From Rhodosorus marinus CCMP1338 (Eukaryota > Plantae > Rhodophyta), in assembly GCA_029953675.1 (NCBI GenBank), contig JAMWBK010000013.1:248001-312000 (forward strand): DNA of 64,000 bases, in the 5' to 3' direction. Within the stretch, counting starts at the first letter, position 1. Every line of letters starts with the position of its first letter. Positions 1 through 11,020 of this stretch are shown here, one piece after another. The position numbers and the translations under genes were made by a program. The notes below the pieces were generated by a model. The model saw nothing but the letters and a program-made list of their open reading frames with translations. It searched no databases and was not told the origin of the DNA.

Positions 1-1256
1 GGGGTATGTGGCCTGGCCGGTGAGGTTCCGATGGTGACGATCGCACAAGATGGCAAGGATGTGGATCGACTGTCTAATGTATCTATGTCGTTCATTCTGG
101 CGATTGATGCCCCTCACGGTGTCAGATGGCGAAGGCAGATGGAAAGGGGTGGTGGAAGACTTGAGGACTTTGTGAAGGAGTCGGACAGCCTAATGTATGA
201 CTGTGAGAATGTGAGCATACTACCCACTTATTTGAAGAAAAGGGAGAAAATCGAGTACCATGGACTGAAGAAATTTGTTTGTCTGCCCTGTTGAAGAAAG
301 GTACTCCTCTGCGAACCTGGATGAGGAAGGCCACGCTCCGGGCCTTGAATCAAGGATCCCTCGAGGAGTTTTACTCGCAACTGGAAGGCCTCGATCTGAG
401 AAATCCAGTCCACGCCCGCCCCTCTTGGGATATGTACTTTCTCCAGCTCGCCGTCCTCGCATCAAAGAGAACAAATTGTATGAAGCGAGCCGTCGGCGCC
501 GTCATCGTTAAGAACAATCGAGTTGTATCTACTGGATACAATGGCACCCCAAGCGGGTAAGAATTCGTCTCCCAGATCCACTCTACTATGACCACACTCA
601 TGCATGCATGAGTGTGGTCATAGTCGTTGAATAAACGTGGTAGGGACTCCCTTCTCTACAGGAAAACCCAGACGTCTGAAGGAACCCTCTCCCCATCGTT
701 TCTAAACCCTTCAGACTCAAAAACTGCAGCGAAGGAGGATGCAAGAGATGCAATAGCTTTGCTCGTATGGGTCTCTCGCTGGACGCCTGTCTGTGCCTTC
801 ACGCTGAAGAGAATGCTATCATAGAAGCTGGAAGTAGTAGATGTGAAGACGCTACCCTCTATTCCTCGCTATTTCCGTGCCTGGCCTGCACAAAGCTGAT
901 CATGCAGGTGAGTTGGTAGACGGTCCCACACTGTTCACAGAGATAAGCCGTTCGTGGTGACCTACTTGGGGCCTGGGTCGGCCCCTATCAGACTCATGGA
1001 ATGAATCTGGTGATGTCCGATCACACATAGAGTGCGGTCTGAGATATATCCATAGTCAATCTGATATGCGCCGTTGCTATCGGCATTGATGTTTCCAACA
1101 CGGTGAGAGACGAGACGCGCTGACTTGATAGCGGTCTGGTCTACGTAGGTTGGCATCACTAGACTAATTTATAACAGTTCGTACGCGACTGACGAACGAG
1201 CAGAGGCGATGATGATCAGCTCCGGAATTCAAGTTCTTCAAGGAGGTCCGTTGTAG
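1..1256 (+). CDS. DCTD: dCMP deaminase with N-terminal NMP-kinase-like region, copy 1 (multi-exon, 5' end outside window)
   Basis: [36 protein letters not shown] (279-560); next exon [23 protein letters not shown] (HAE + PCxxC zinc motif); intron 908-1148, last exon 1149-1256 [12 protein letters not shown] ending in TAG. Confidence 0.92.
585..624. repeat. Perfect 40-bp palindrome inside an intron
   Basis: actatgaccacactcatgca|tgcatgagtgtggtcatagt: the second half is the exact reverse complement of the first. Confidence 0.97.
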
Positions 1257-1579
1257 ACATCAAGCAGCTCGTCGTTTTGAGGTGATTTGGAGTCGGGAGG
1301 AGGAGATAGGAAAAACCAGGCCTTATCAAACTTGTGACGAGCAAAGGCCGTCACCCACCAACTTGAAAGGGTTTCTCGGTTGCTCGAGGCTTGTCGTTTG
1401 GTCCTTTGTCATACGTAGTGTTCAGTTCTGCTCCTACCTGCCACTACGAAGGACTCATCTTGGTGAACAGTGGGACGGTCTATCAACTCATCTGCATGAT
1501 CAACTTTCTCCCAAAGGGAACTGCTTGGGTAGAATCGGATAGGCAGTTCTTCCAGCTATTCCCCGTTCGATAATTGAGG

Positions 1580-1892
1580 GAACACCATTGTGACTATGAA
1601 GGTATCTATCAAGCTGAGGAGTGTCAAGAACTGTACCCAAGGTAGGGTAGGTTAGCGTAGTTCATGCAACCATTTCCCAAACGGCAAGATTCCAGACCAT
1701 TGTGACTGTGAACGTATGTATACACCTAGCAAGCTGAGGTTCGGCATGGTCAACAACCCTGCCGAAGGTGGGGAAGATAGGTTAGTGTAGTTCATGACAC
1801 GACTTCCCGTCCGAGGAACAATCCGGACCTCGCTAGAACAAAGCATATGTAGGTGTAGATATATCTCCATGGAGTTCACATGACGAAGGAGG
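1580..1892. repeat. Degenerate copies of the 3.8-5.2 kb satellite unit
   Basis: Shares gtagttcatgcaaccatttccca, tatctatcaagctg and gatatatctccatggagtt(c)acatgac with the downstream array. Confidence 0.75.
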
Positions 1893-2029
1893 TAACCGTG
1901 AACGCGTTACTAAAGGACTCCCTATTGGAGCCTGTCAGGAGGGAATAAGGAATCCATCTTTGCCTTAAAAGAGACCCTAATGGGTTGTGTGGCTACGTTC
2001 TACCAGAGGGACGATCTCATAGTTTCCTT

Positions 2030-3790
2030 TGTGTCAATGCGGCGCCTGCGCTGCAAGCAGTGCATTCCCGTTCCATAGGGACCGGTTGAGCGTCGCGCGT
2101 GCTTCGCTGATTTGTGCGGATGGATGCTGCAAGCGCAGAGCCACCTCTTTTAAGAACTGATCAGCTTGATTGCTCCTCCTCCCGAACGCTCTACGCAGAA
2201 GGGCACAAAAATGTCCTCATTGTGAGCTCCGATCAAGTCCCAGTACTTCGACTCTTTAAACTTCTTTGCCGTGTTTGCAGCGTACCCTGTTCCCCAGCAC
2301 GCATTGTGTAGGTACGGCTTTTGCAGCTGCGAGATCACTTTTACGTCGACCACGTACAGTTTCCCAGTCCGAAGGTGGCGAGCTGGAATTATTGGGCGAA
2401 GGTGTGGCAGCCTGGGTAGTGTCCGGTCGCTTCCAGGGTCACCTCCAGTCTCCATTGTCTGAGTTGTGTAGCCAGAGCATCCCGGACCATGTTGTATCTC
2501 AGTGTCCAGCTCCCTGTAGAACTGGTACAGTGGTAAAGGCGTTTAGTGCCTACCGAGTCATGGGGTTGTGGATCTATAGTACAAGTACTAAGTATTAGTA
2601 CACCAAGCAAATGTCTCAGGCTCAGGTTCACTTCGTCAGTGTTCAGACCGCGCGGGTGCCTCGAGGGAAAGTCTCGCGGCCAAGTGCCGCCTCCAGATCC
2701 GGTGCAGGAAAGGAGACGCGCAACGTACCGTCTCACTAATCCCGTGTGTTCTCCAGCAATTCCTCGAACGGCAGACGGTGACTCCAGTTGGCTAGGAGTT
2801 TTTCGGTGGAAGCCTTTGGTTCCAGGAGCTGTTCTCGTAGTTGTTGAGTCGAACGCATCAGTGGTCGAGGGCCGCGGTATTCGTCTAAGTTCGTTGTCGT
2901 ACACGAATGGCGAAGCTCGTCTAAGAGTCAGCCCAGTTGTGCTCGAGAGTCTGTCGCCAACTGCTGAAAAAGCCAAGGGGTTGAATCCTCGCCCGCCATT
3001 GCCAGACCTGCTCCACCCCATCGGCAGGGAAGTTGGGATCTGCTTTGGACCGCGTCTTTTTCGGCATCTGAGAGTAGTCGTCCTTCCAGGAGCGAGCCGC
3101 AAAGGTTGTGGAGCTATAGCAGCGAGATGCGGTCTGCTTCTAGTGCTAGAGTTGCACAGTATGGGAGTGCCAAGGAGCGGAGAAAGTAATCGAGGCGCGG
3201 TCCTGCGCAGTAGCGGAACAAACACAGCTTATTCGGCAGTTCAGTTGTCGGTAGACGTATGAGTTCGTGCACTAGGTTCTCGTGGTCCCTTTGTAGCCTC
3301 CAAGGTGTGGTTTTGCATGTAGCTCCTTGTGCCGATGGGGATGGAGTAGAGATGGATTCCTTCTCGCGTGACTGTGACGTCGGGGATTTCCCGGTTGACG
3401 AGTCGGGTTGGCTATAGATGGCGACCGAATATTTGGCATTTCGCCCGCTGGAGTTTTGCTCAGAGCTCACGCAGGTGTTGCTCACTGCATTGTGTGCTGG
3501 GTTGACCTCAGGTAGGGGGCCTAGTAGGGTGATGTCGTCGTGAATCGCTGTAATGCACGAGCGCTGGGTACCGATCGGGGAGTGCTCGCAGAAAGCCGGG
3601 ACAAGGCCAGCGCGTGCAGGGCGGGTCCAAGTGGGTCGCCTTGCTGGACACCAGTGCAGGCCCGTAGCAGCAGCAAGTCCTCGGCGTTCTGGTTTTACCA
3701 GCCGAATTGGTGGGGGGCGCTTTAATTGTCGAGCCGATAGCTGAGTGTCACCAGCGGTCGGAGTTCAGGGAACGCGTGTTCGATGATCCG
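2030..3790 (-). mobile_element. Decayed, 5'-truncated CRE-type non-LTR retrotransposon (RT plus restriction-like endonuclease)
   Basis: Minus-strand translation with stops and frameshifts: TGVQQGDPLGPALHALAL (~3615-3655), AIHDDITLLG (~3510-3550), LFRYCAGPRLDYFLRS, decayed CCHC region followed by TLRYNMVRDALA, YVVDVKV..AA..KESKY..FVPFCVERSGG, C-terminal SLWNGNALL. Confidence 0.82.
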
Positions 3791-3814
3791 GTTCGCGATG
3801 CGTCTGTCGGTGAG

Positions 3815-5220
3815 ATGATATCTCTCCATGGAGTTGACATGACACAGGAGACTGAAAGAAGTGCGAGAAGCATGGATTATCTATCAAGCTGCCACCAACC
3901 CTACCGAAGGTTAGGGTAGTTCATGCAACCATTTCCCATGCGACATCGCTCCAAAACGAGCTCAGGAACAAAGCATAAGTAGGTGTGGTGATATAGCTCC
4001 ATGGAGTGAACATGTCACAGGAGGCTGAGAGAAGTGGGAGAAGAGTACCACTTCATGGATTATCTATTAAGCTGCCACCAACCATTTCCCATCCGACGTC
4101 GCTCCATAACGAGCAGACCGGAACTCCCCATAGAGTTGACATGACACAGGAGGCGAGAGAAGTGCGAGAAGCATGGATTATCGATCAAGCTGCCACCAAC
4201 CCTACCGCAGGTTAGGGTAGTTCATGCAATCATTTCCCATCCGAAATCGTGCATAACGAGCTCAGCAACAAAGCATAAGTGGGTGTGGTGATATATCTCC
4301 ATGGAGTTGACATGACACTGGAGGCTGAGAGAAATACGAGAAGCATGGATTATCTATCAAGCTGCCACTAACTCTACCGAAGGTTAGGGTAGTTCATGCA
4401 ACCATTTCCCATTCGCATCGCTCCATAACGAGCAACCCGGAACAAGGCACAAGTAGGCGTGGTGATATATCTCCACGGAGTTGACATGACACAGGAGACT
4501 GAGAGAAGCGGGAGAAGAGTACCACTTCATGGATTATCTATCAAGCTGCCACCAACCCTACCGAAGGTAGGGAGGATACTCTTAACTTATCCTCCCTACC
4601 TTGGGTAGATTAGTTCATGCAACCATTTCCCATCCGACATCGCTCCATAACGAGCAGACCGGAACAAGGGCAGAAGTAGGTGTCGTGACATATCCTCCAC
4701 GGAGTTGACATGGCAAAGGAGGTTGAGAGAAGTGCGAGAAACATGGATTATCTATCAAGCTGTCACCAAACCTAGCGAAGGTAGGGAGGATACTCTTAAC
4801 TTATCCTCCCTACCTTCGGTAGAGTAGTTCATGCAACCATTTCCCATCCGACATCGCTCCATAACGAGCAGACCGGAACAAAGGCAGAAGTAGGTGTCGT
4901 GATATATCTCCATAGAGTTGACATGAGAAAGGAGGCTGAGAGAAGTGCGAGAAACATGGATTATCTATCAAGCTCTCACCAAATCTACCGAAGGTGGGGA
5001 GGATGACAAAGGAGGCTGAGAGAAGTGCGAGAAACATGGATTATCTGTCAAGCTGGCACCAAATTTAGCGAAGGTACTTCGGTAGAGTAGTTCATGCAAC
5101 CATTTCCCATCCGACATTGCTCCATAACGAGCAGACCGGAACAAGGGCAGAAGTAGGTGTCGTGATATATCTCCATAGAGTTGACATGACAAAGCAGCCT
5201 GAGGGAAGTGCGAGAAGAGC
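3815..5220. repeat. Tandem satellite, ~173-bp basic unit, about 8-9 diverged copies
   Basis: gagttgacatg-type anchor at 3831, 4004, 4133, 4304, 4478, 4702, 4915, 5178; 213-224-bp variants carry an inverted-repeat insert; no sustained ORF. Confidence 0.95.
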
Positions 5221-5401
5221 TAGTTAAGAGAGTTGGATGGATTGTTGCTGGGTGTTAAAAGGACGGAGTGGATTAGGGTTTTTTGAGGAGGACGGAATTT
5301 GGAGAAGATGGATTGATGGTTTTTTGGGGATAGGGATGGGCAAAGGGGGAAGGTGGGGAGGGAGAGGGTGATGAAGTGAGTAATTTTTGGATGCTTTTCG
5401 G

Positions 5402-6423
5402 ATGAACGCTTTTGAGATGAGGAATGTGGATTCCATTGGGATGATGAAGAATGAAGAGGGTCCGGAAATGTGGAGAGAAGGGGAATATATTGTTCCAGGT
5501 GAGCCTATTGGCGTTGGGGAGAGGTCCTTGTTGGAGGAGGTAGATGGAGGGTCTTAACTTTTTTTTTTGCTTTTTTTGTGGTAATTTTTTTGTTTTGTTT
5601 TGGAAGGGGGTTACCTTGGAGCTCGTAGGGATGAGGTTGTGGATAAGGTACGCTCGGATTTTTTGATTCTTAGGACGTCGAAAATGGGAGTTTTGAACTT
5701 TGTGTGCAAGTTTGCGGCTGAGCATCATCCTGAGAAGAACTCGAAACGGGTTAAGAATACTCAGATGAGGGAGCGGACAGGGTGTCAGTGTTCTTTTGTT
5801 GTAAGTGATCGGTGAGGAAATGTTCCCGTTCCGGCTGGAGTACAATTTGAGCTGAAACAAGTTTTTGCTATGCCTGTTTTCAGATAAGAGAACTGGACAA
5901 TACTTATCTGAGAGAAGCGGCAGGTCAGCCTGCTAGAAAAGGACTATTGAAGCGAAGTTTTGGTGTGATTCCGACGGAACTGGTGAAAGGATGGTACATT
6001 ACGAAAGCCAACGTATGGCACTCTGGTCACTCCCGGAGCATAACTCCAAAAAAACTCAACTCAAAGCTTGTTGAAGGAGCCGAGAATACAGACAATCCCC
6101 AGACTGAATTGCGCCAAGGCGAACCTCAGCAGACTGAGCGGGAGGCCTCGGAGATCGGTGAGAGGTTTAGGAGACTTTACACGGTGATGGCGGACTCGGA
6201 TCGAAAGGAGCTCCTGGCTCACGCAGCAAAGTTGGAGGCGCTAGTGTTTAAAGTTGGAAGAGCAGCTGACGGACGCACAGATCTCACTGAACGTAAGGAG
6301 AAGGGCAGGGGTCTAGTGAGAAGAAGGAAGCCAAAATACGGCGTCGGAACGAATAACAAGAAGATAAAGACTTTGGAGGACGGTTTGAGACCTGCTGCTT
6401 CCTCCTCATCCGCAGTTAAGTAA
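5402..6423 (+). CDS. FAR1/WRKY-GCM1-like zinc-finger DNA-binding protein (multi-exon, start uncertain)
   Basis: FLILRTS..LNFVC..RERTGCQCSFV, intron 5801-5883, then IRE..GWYITKANVWHSGH, matching the FAR1 C-C-H-H spacing pattern; basic C-terminus; no DDE transposase domain follows. Confidence 0.55.
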
Positions 6424-6499
6424 GAAAAACAAAACGGGAAGAGTGGGAAGAAAAAATTGAATTATAAAGATAAGGAGGATATGGTAATAACAACCCGCG

Positions 6500-8503
6500 A
6501 AGCCTCAGCTCCACAAGCGGACAGAAACAACGAGAGCCCCTTCAAAGGCCGACGACAAATGGAATAGGATAAGTCCCTCCTGGAAGAAGCACCAGAGATC
6601 CCATGTTCAAAGCTCTGAAGCTCGTTCTTGAAGGTTTGCTGAAGCAGTGAGGTCCGTTGAAGTCGCTATGCCACTATCTTCAGTCTCGTTTGATGATGGA
6701 GAGCTTCCCACCTAACCGGTTGACGCTTTGCCTCTAGAGCGGAGCTACGTGCAAACCTTCGGGCCTGAGAATGAGATGGTCGTCGAAGCCGTCATGGTAG
6801 AGCTTCGCAGAAATCATCTGGGGAATCTCCACATCAAGCCGAGGACTTACTCAAGCCGTCTCCGGGACCTTGCCCGGCAAGTAGATAAGGACGACGCTAG
6901 ACTTTGCTCCGGGGGGTTAAACGACCTGCGTGAACGTACGGCTCACACGCGCGATGAACGCGACCAGGTTTATCCCTTCCCATTTGGCGCAAAATTCCTG
7001 GCCCAGAAAGTATGGATGACTGCGATCGATCTCAACAGATGTCCGTTAATTTTGTCACGCTGAACAGCAAGCCCAAGTAGCTCCTTCCGGGAAGTTGAAG
7101 TGGAAAGCAGTGAGAGCATGATGTAAAGACCCACCTACTATCTGGAGCAAACCTTCAGAAAACACGTTAGAAACTAGAGATAGCAGTTCCATGAGTTTCT
7201 CAATGCAACCATATTCTGTCTGGCTTTGGACTGCACTGGTTGGTGTTGCCCAACGACATCAAGCCCAACAGCTTGTTCGCAAGAACGCCAGGGCTTGACA
7301 TCGACATTCTAGATGCCGATGCCGATCGCTCCAAAGCTCCCACTTTGTCACTGAAGCCGAATAGGTTCTCCACCACAGTTGCCTACATGCTGCTCATCGA
7401 AGTGAACGACGTCGACTCCGGTGTGAAAGCGAAAGGCAGAAGCGCATCCGAGCTGAGCTCGGACCCAAGTAGTGCTCTTCAGGTGCGAACCAGAGAAGCA
7501 GTGGGAACGTGATGTGCTCGCCCATTCAGATATTCTTCCATGTGTTGATTCCTGAGCCCTCTTCGTGGGATACTCCAGCACATGGCCTACACTTGCAACG
7601 TTCCCCCTGCTTCGCCGTTCGACCTGCCGGAGGACCCTTTTCCGGTTCCGTTCGATTCAGCACAGCGTGACAAAGCCAAGCGGACTTCAGTTGACGGGGG
7701 TTGGGTGATGCATTCTTTCTGGCCCTCCATCATTACCTCTTGCATGGATCTAGCAGCGGGAAACAAGACGCTAGTTCGCGCGCGCGTACAACGATAAACC
7801 GGCGTTTTGAATGCCTGAGAGTCATAGACAGCTCCGGCAGGACGCTATCAAGACGCCCTGAGTCGATCCGAAAGAGGGCCACGAAGCCAACGAGAACCTA
7901 CACTATCCACAAAGGCCAAACACTCCATGATGAGTCGAACAACCCGCCATGACAACGCCGAGCCGCGATTCGTAGAATACAACAGCACCTTAGCGAACTG
8001 GGACTCTTCAATTGCAGCAACCTGGCGCTGAGAAAGCCCATTTCGCGCTTCACCAGCGTCCTGCTTCTAAGGGTAGTCAGGCTCTGGATCAACAAGCCTA
8101 AACAGCATTGTGAGAACCCCATCGACAACCCTATCGGCTGAATCGGAGGTGAGAGTCCCGGAATGAGGTAGAAGGGCGTAGAGTGCGCGCCTCTAAAACT
8201 AAGGCAGCATTACATCGCCAGAGACTCAGACTGAAAGAAACGGACAGTCGAGAAAGAGCCTCGGGGCGGTCACGATAACACCCTGGTAATCAAGCACCCC
8301 CAGCGCTACTCAAGAATCGCAAGGCCCCAACTAATGCGACAAAGCGATGGGCGAGGGCAGACCCCAAAGCCTCACACGTTGGTAAGCGCGTCTATATACT
8401 CGAACTCCTTGTGCCTCCTCAATAGTAATTGCAGCGGCACCTCTACGACGGGAAGCTGCAGGCAGTTACCAAGTTGCAAAGGACAAGGAAGCGTCAAGTC
8501 CAT
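6500..8503 (-). CDS. Probable multi-exon gene of unknown function (alpha-helical fragments); boundaries poorly resolved
   Basis: Protein-like fragments (MDLTLPCPLQL..EYIDALTN; QVAAIEESQFAKVLLY..RVVRLIMECLAFVDS; IEKLMELLSLVSNVFSE) separated by GT..CTGAC..AG-like segments. Confidence 0.3.
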
Positions 8504-8669
8504 GTACGTCCTCTTGAGCCCAACAGCGGCGTCCGCCGGGAGGGGGCGGCGGTGGGGGTTTGCCGAGCACCGACGGTGAGGATTCGTGACTTGTTTCTGT
8601 AACTGGAGAAGGTGGAGTCTGGAAGAAGAAAGGTTGGGAGAGAACGAACGGGAAGTTGAATGATGGGAG

Positions 8670-9793
8670 ATGAGCAAAGTTCTTATTCCAAGCTTGTATG
8701 TTTTGGACTTGACCTCATTCCGGGAGCAGATTCGTCCACTTTTCGGGCCGCTTATTGGTATCGATCCTGGGAGTCGATCGACCGGCGTAGCGATCTCTGA
8801 CCCGGCGTGAGTATCCCAGTTATCTTGATCTGGTTTTGCGGAAGAGCGCGTCTTGTCTTCTAGCCTTTGCCCTTTTTAGTTTTATTTTTGTTTGTGTGCG
8901 TTGAATGGTTTTGTTCTGCTCATGGCAAGCTCACTCTCTGCTCTGCGGACGGAATTCGCTTTGTCGGTTTTTTTCGCTTGCCAGATTGATCCCATCTTTT
9001 CGCATTAGCTCATAAGGGATTTCTTTTCAGCGAAACGTATTTCATACTCCAGTTGAAAGGAATTGTAGATGCGATACAGATCTCACCAAATCTTTGTCCT
9101 GAGTCGCTTCTCCTCTGGATCTCTCTTGGAGTTGATCATTGTCTTTCTGCTGACCCGTCCTTGTGTTCTGGTGCATCTTCGATGCTAGGAGATGGTATGC
9201 CAAAGGGTTGGGCACGATAAACAGTACGAGACCCGAGGAGCTGGCCACAAAGATTAACTGGCTAGCAAAGGATGTTCGAGCCGTTGGCTTCGTTTGTGGA
9301 TACCCTGTCAACTTGAACGATCCAAGGAGACCTGAATCTACCCACTGGGTGAGGCGCGTTTTGACTATTCCTTTGCCGTGGGATTCCCTTTGACTAAGAC
9401 TCCTTTCAACTTTTTTGTGCGTCGCGTGCCTCTCAGAAAGAAGGGATTTTAGACCTCGTCACTGAACTCTATCGACAGGAGTTCTACTCAGATACAAGTA
9501 TCGAAAACTGCCTCCTTTGGCACGAGGAGTTCTCCACAAAGTCCGCAATGTATTCGATGCCCATAGCCAAACTGGGACGGTATCTCGCAAAAGGCAAAAG
9601 AGACCGAAAGTTCAAGGAGCAGTTGGATGCCGCGGCAGCCGAGGTTATCTTGCAAGATGCGATCGACGGAATGAACACCGCAGCTGCACCAGAGTCTGCG
9701 TCCGGCGTTTCAAAGGCAAATGCACAACAGGCAATCCCTGTGTTTGATCGGCAAGTGGAGCGGCTTCAAAGGAGGCTGAAGAATTGGCGATAG
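8670..9793 (+). CDS. yqgF: YqgF/RuvX-family RNase H-fold nuclease (3 exons)
   Basis: LIGIDPGSRSTGVAISDP, intron 8807-9188, ARWYAKGLGTI..VGFVCGYP, second intron, then LLWHEEFSTKSA..LDAAAAEVILQDAID. Confidence 0.82.
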
Positions 9794-9979
9794 CGGTATG
9801 CCTTGGTGTTCTGTACTCTTGTATCTACATACTATTTAATGGGCCATGAAGCGCCTTGAAAAGACAAAAACAAAATGTGAAAGTATCGTGAGGCAGAAAT
9901 GGGGGACACCGACCCTTGCACCTGCCCGTCGTTTCCTACTCTCAGAACTCAGTCCTCAACAATATTCCTTTATAATAGA

Positions 9980-11020
9980 TCAGTATCCTCCCGCTACATA
10001 CGCAGACATCTCCGCCATCTCCTTTCGGTGAGCGGTGACCATCTCCCGCACGACATCACCAATTGAGATCATTCCAATCAAGCTCTTGCTGTCATCGACG
10101 ACAGGGATGTGGCGAATGTGGTTTTCTGATGCAAATAGAGCAGCCAGGGCGAAACTTAGGATCCGAGACCTCTCCTTTGCGTCAAAGGGGGGCGCGATGA
10201 TACTTACGTGTCATAAGTTCCATGCAGTCGAACAGTTGCGCATCCGGGTTCACAGAAATGAGTCCTTTCCTTGACATGATGTCCTGCACGAGAGTGTCCT
10301 TCGCATGTCGTCCCAGGACAATTCCCTTTTCCATGTAATCTCTCTCAGTTATAATTCCTGAAAAAATAAGAAATAAAAGGCGGATCAGTATCAACTGTGA
10401 GGGTTCGGTTGCGCACAGTGGATCGCCACCACTCAACACAAGACCGTCGATACGAAGGAGCTTACCAACTGGCTTGTATTTACCGCCCCCAGAGGGCTCG
10501 ACTATAACGAGAGAGCCAATATTATGTCGGACCTAGGAAGCAGTAAGCAGAAATGCCGAACCGTCAGTACCCAGTGCCAGTTGACCTCTCAAACGCGAGA
10601 CTGTCGCACTGCTGGATCAGGACCCTACCATTTCCTCGATGGCGTGGAACACAGTGTCGTCTTTTCTGCACTTGTAGAACTTCGAACCCTTGCTCTTAAG
10701 CAAGTCTTGTACAGTACCGCTCTGTTGCTTTGCCATCGCCGACGTAGACGCTTTTTGCGTGCCAGCGCTGGCGCTAGTCGTCATAAGGCGCTGATAGTTC
10801 CTTTGAACAGCCAACTATAGAGAAACCAAAAAAAATTCCCGCAAAACGCAGCAACGGATCATTCAGCTCAGAGCTCGTCGCACACCAGATCCAAACCAAG
10901 AAAAAAAACACACAGTGCCCTTACCAGGTTCCGACCCGCACCGCTCGGCGGCACACTCATCACCGCGCTAGACAACATCCTCATCGAGCGAACTCCAGGA
11001 AACAACCTTCCAGACGACAT
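9980..11020 (-). CDS. CBS-domain protein (CBSX3-like) with organellar presequence
   Basis: DTVFHAIEEM..NIGSLVIV..GIITERDY..VQDIM..LFDCMELM..FRHIPVVD..IGMISIGDVVRE..YVAGGY*. Confidence 0.9.

Noticed and set aside
1282-1542. PSPTNLKGFLG as a gypsy RT thumb remnant
   Set aside because: Single short motif with no supporting neighbours; adjacent DNA grades into degenerate satellite.
3815-5220. CRISPR-like array
   Set aside because: Inter-anchor sequences are homologous, units are ~173 bp, there are no cas genes and the context is eukaryotic.
8755-8806. GIDPG motif as Fanzor/TnpB RuvC-I
   Set aside because: Downstream motifs and the small size fit YqgF; no zinc finger or RuvC-III pattern.
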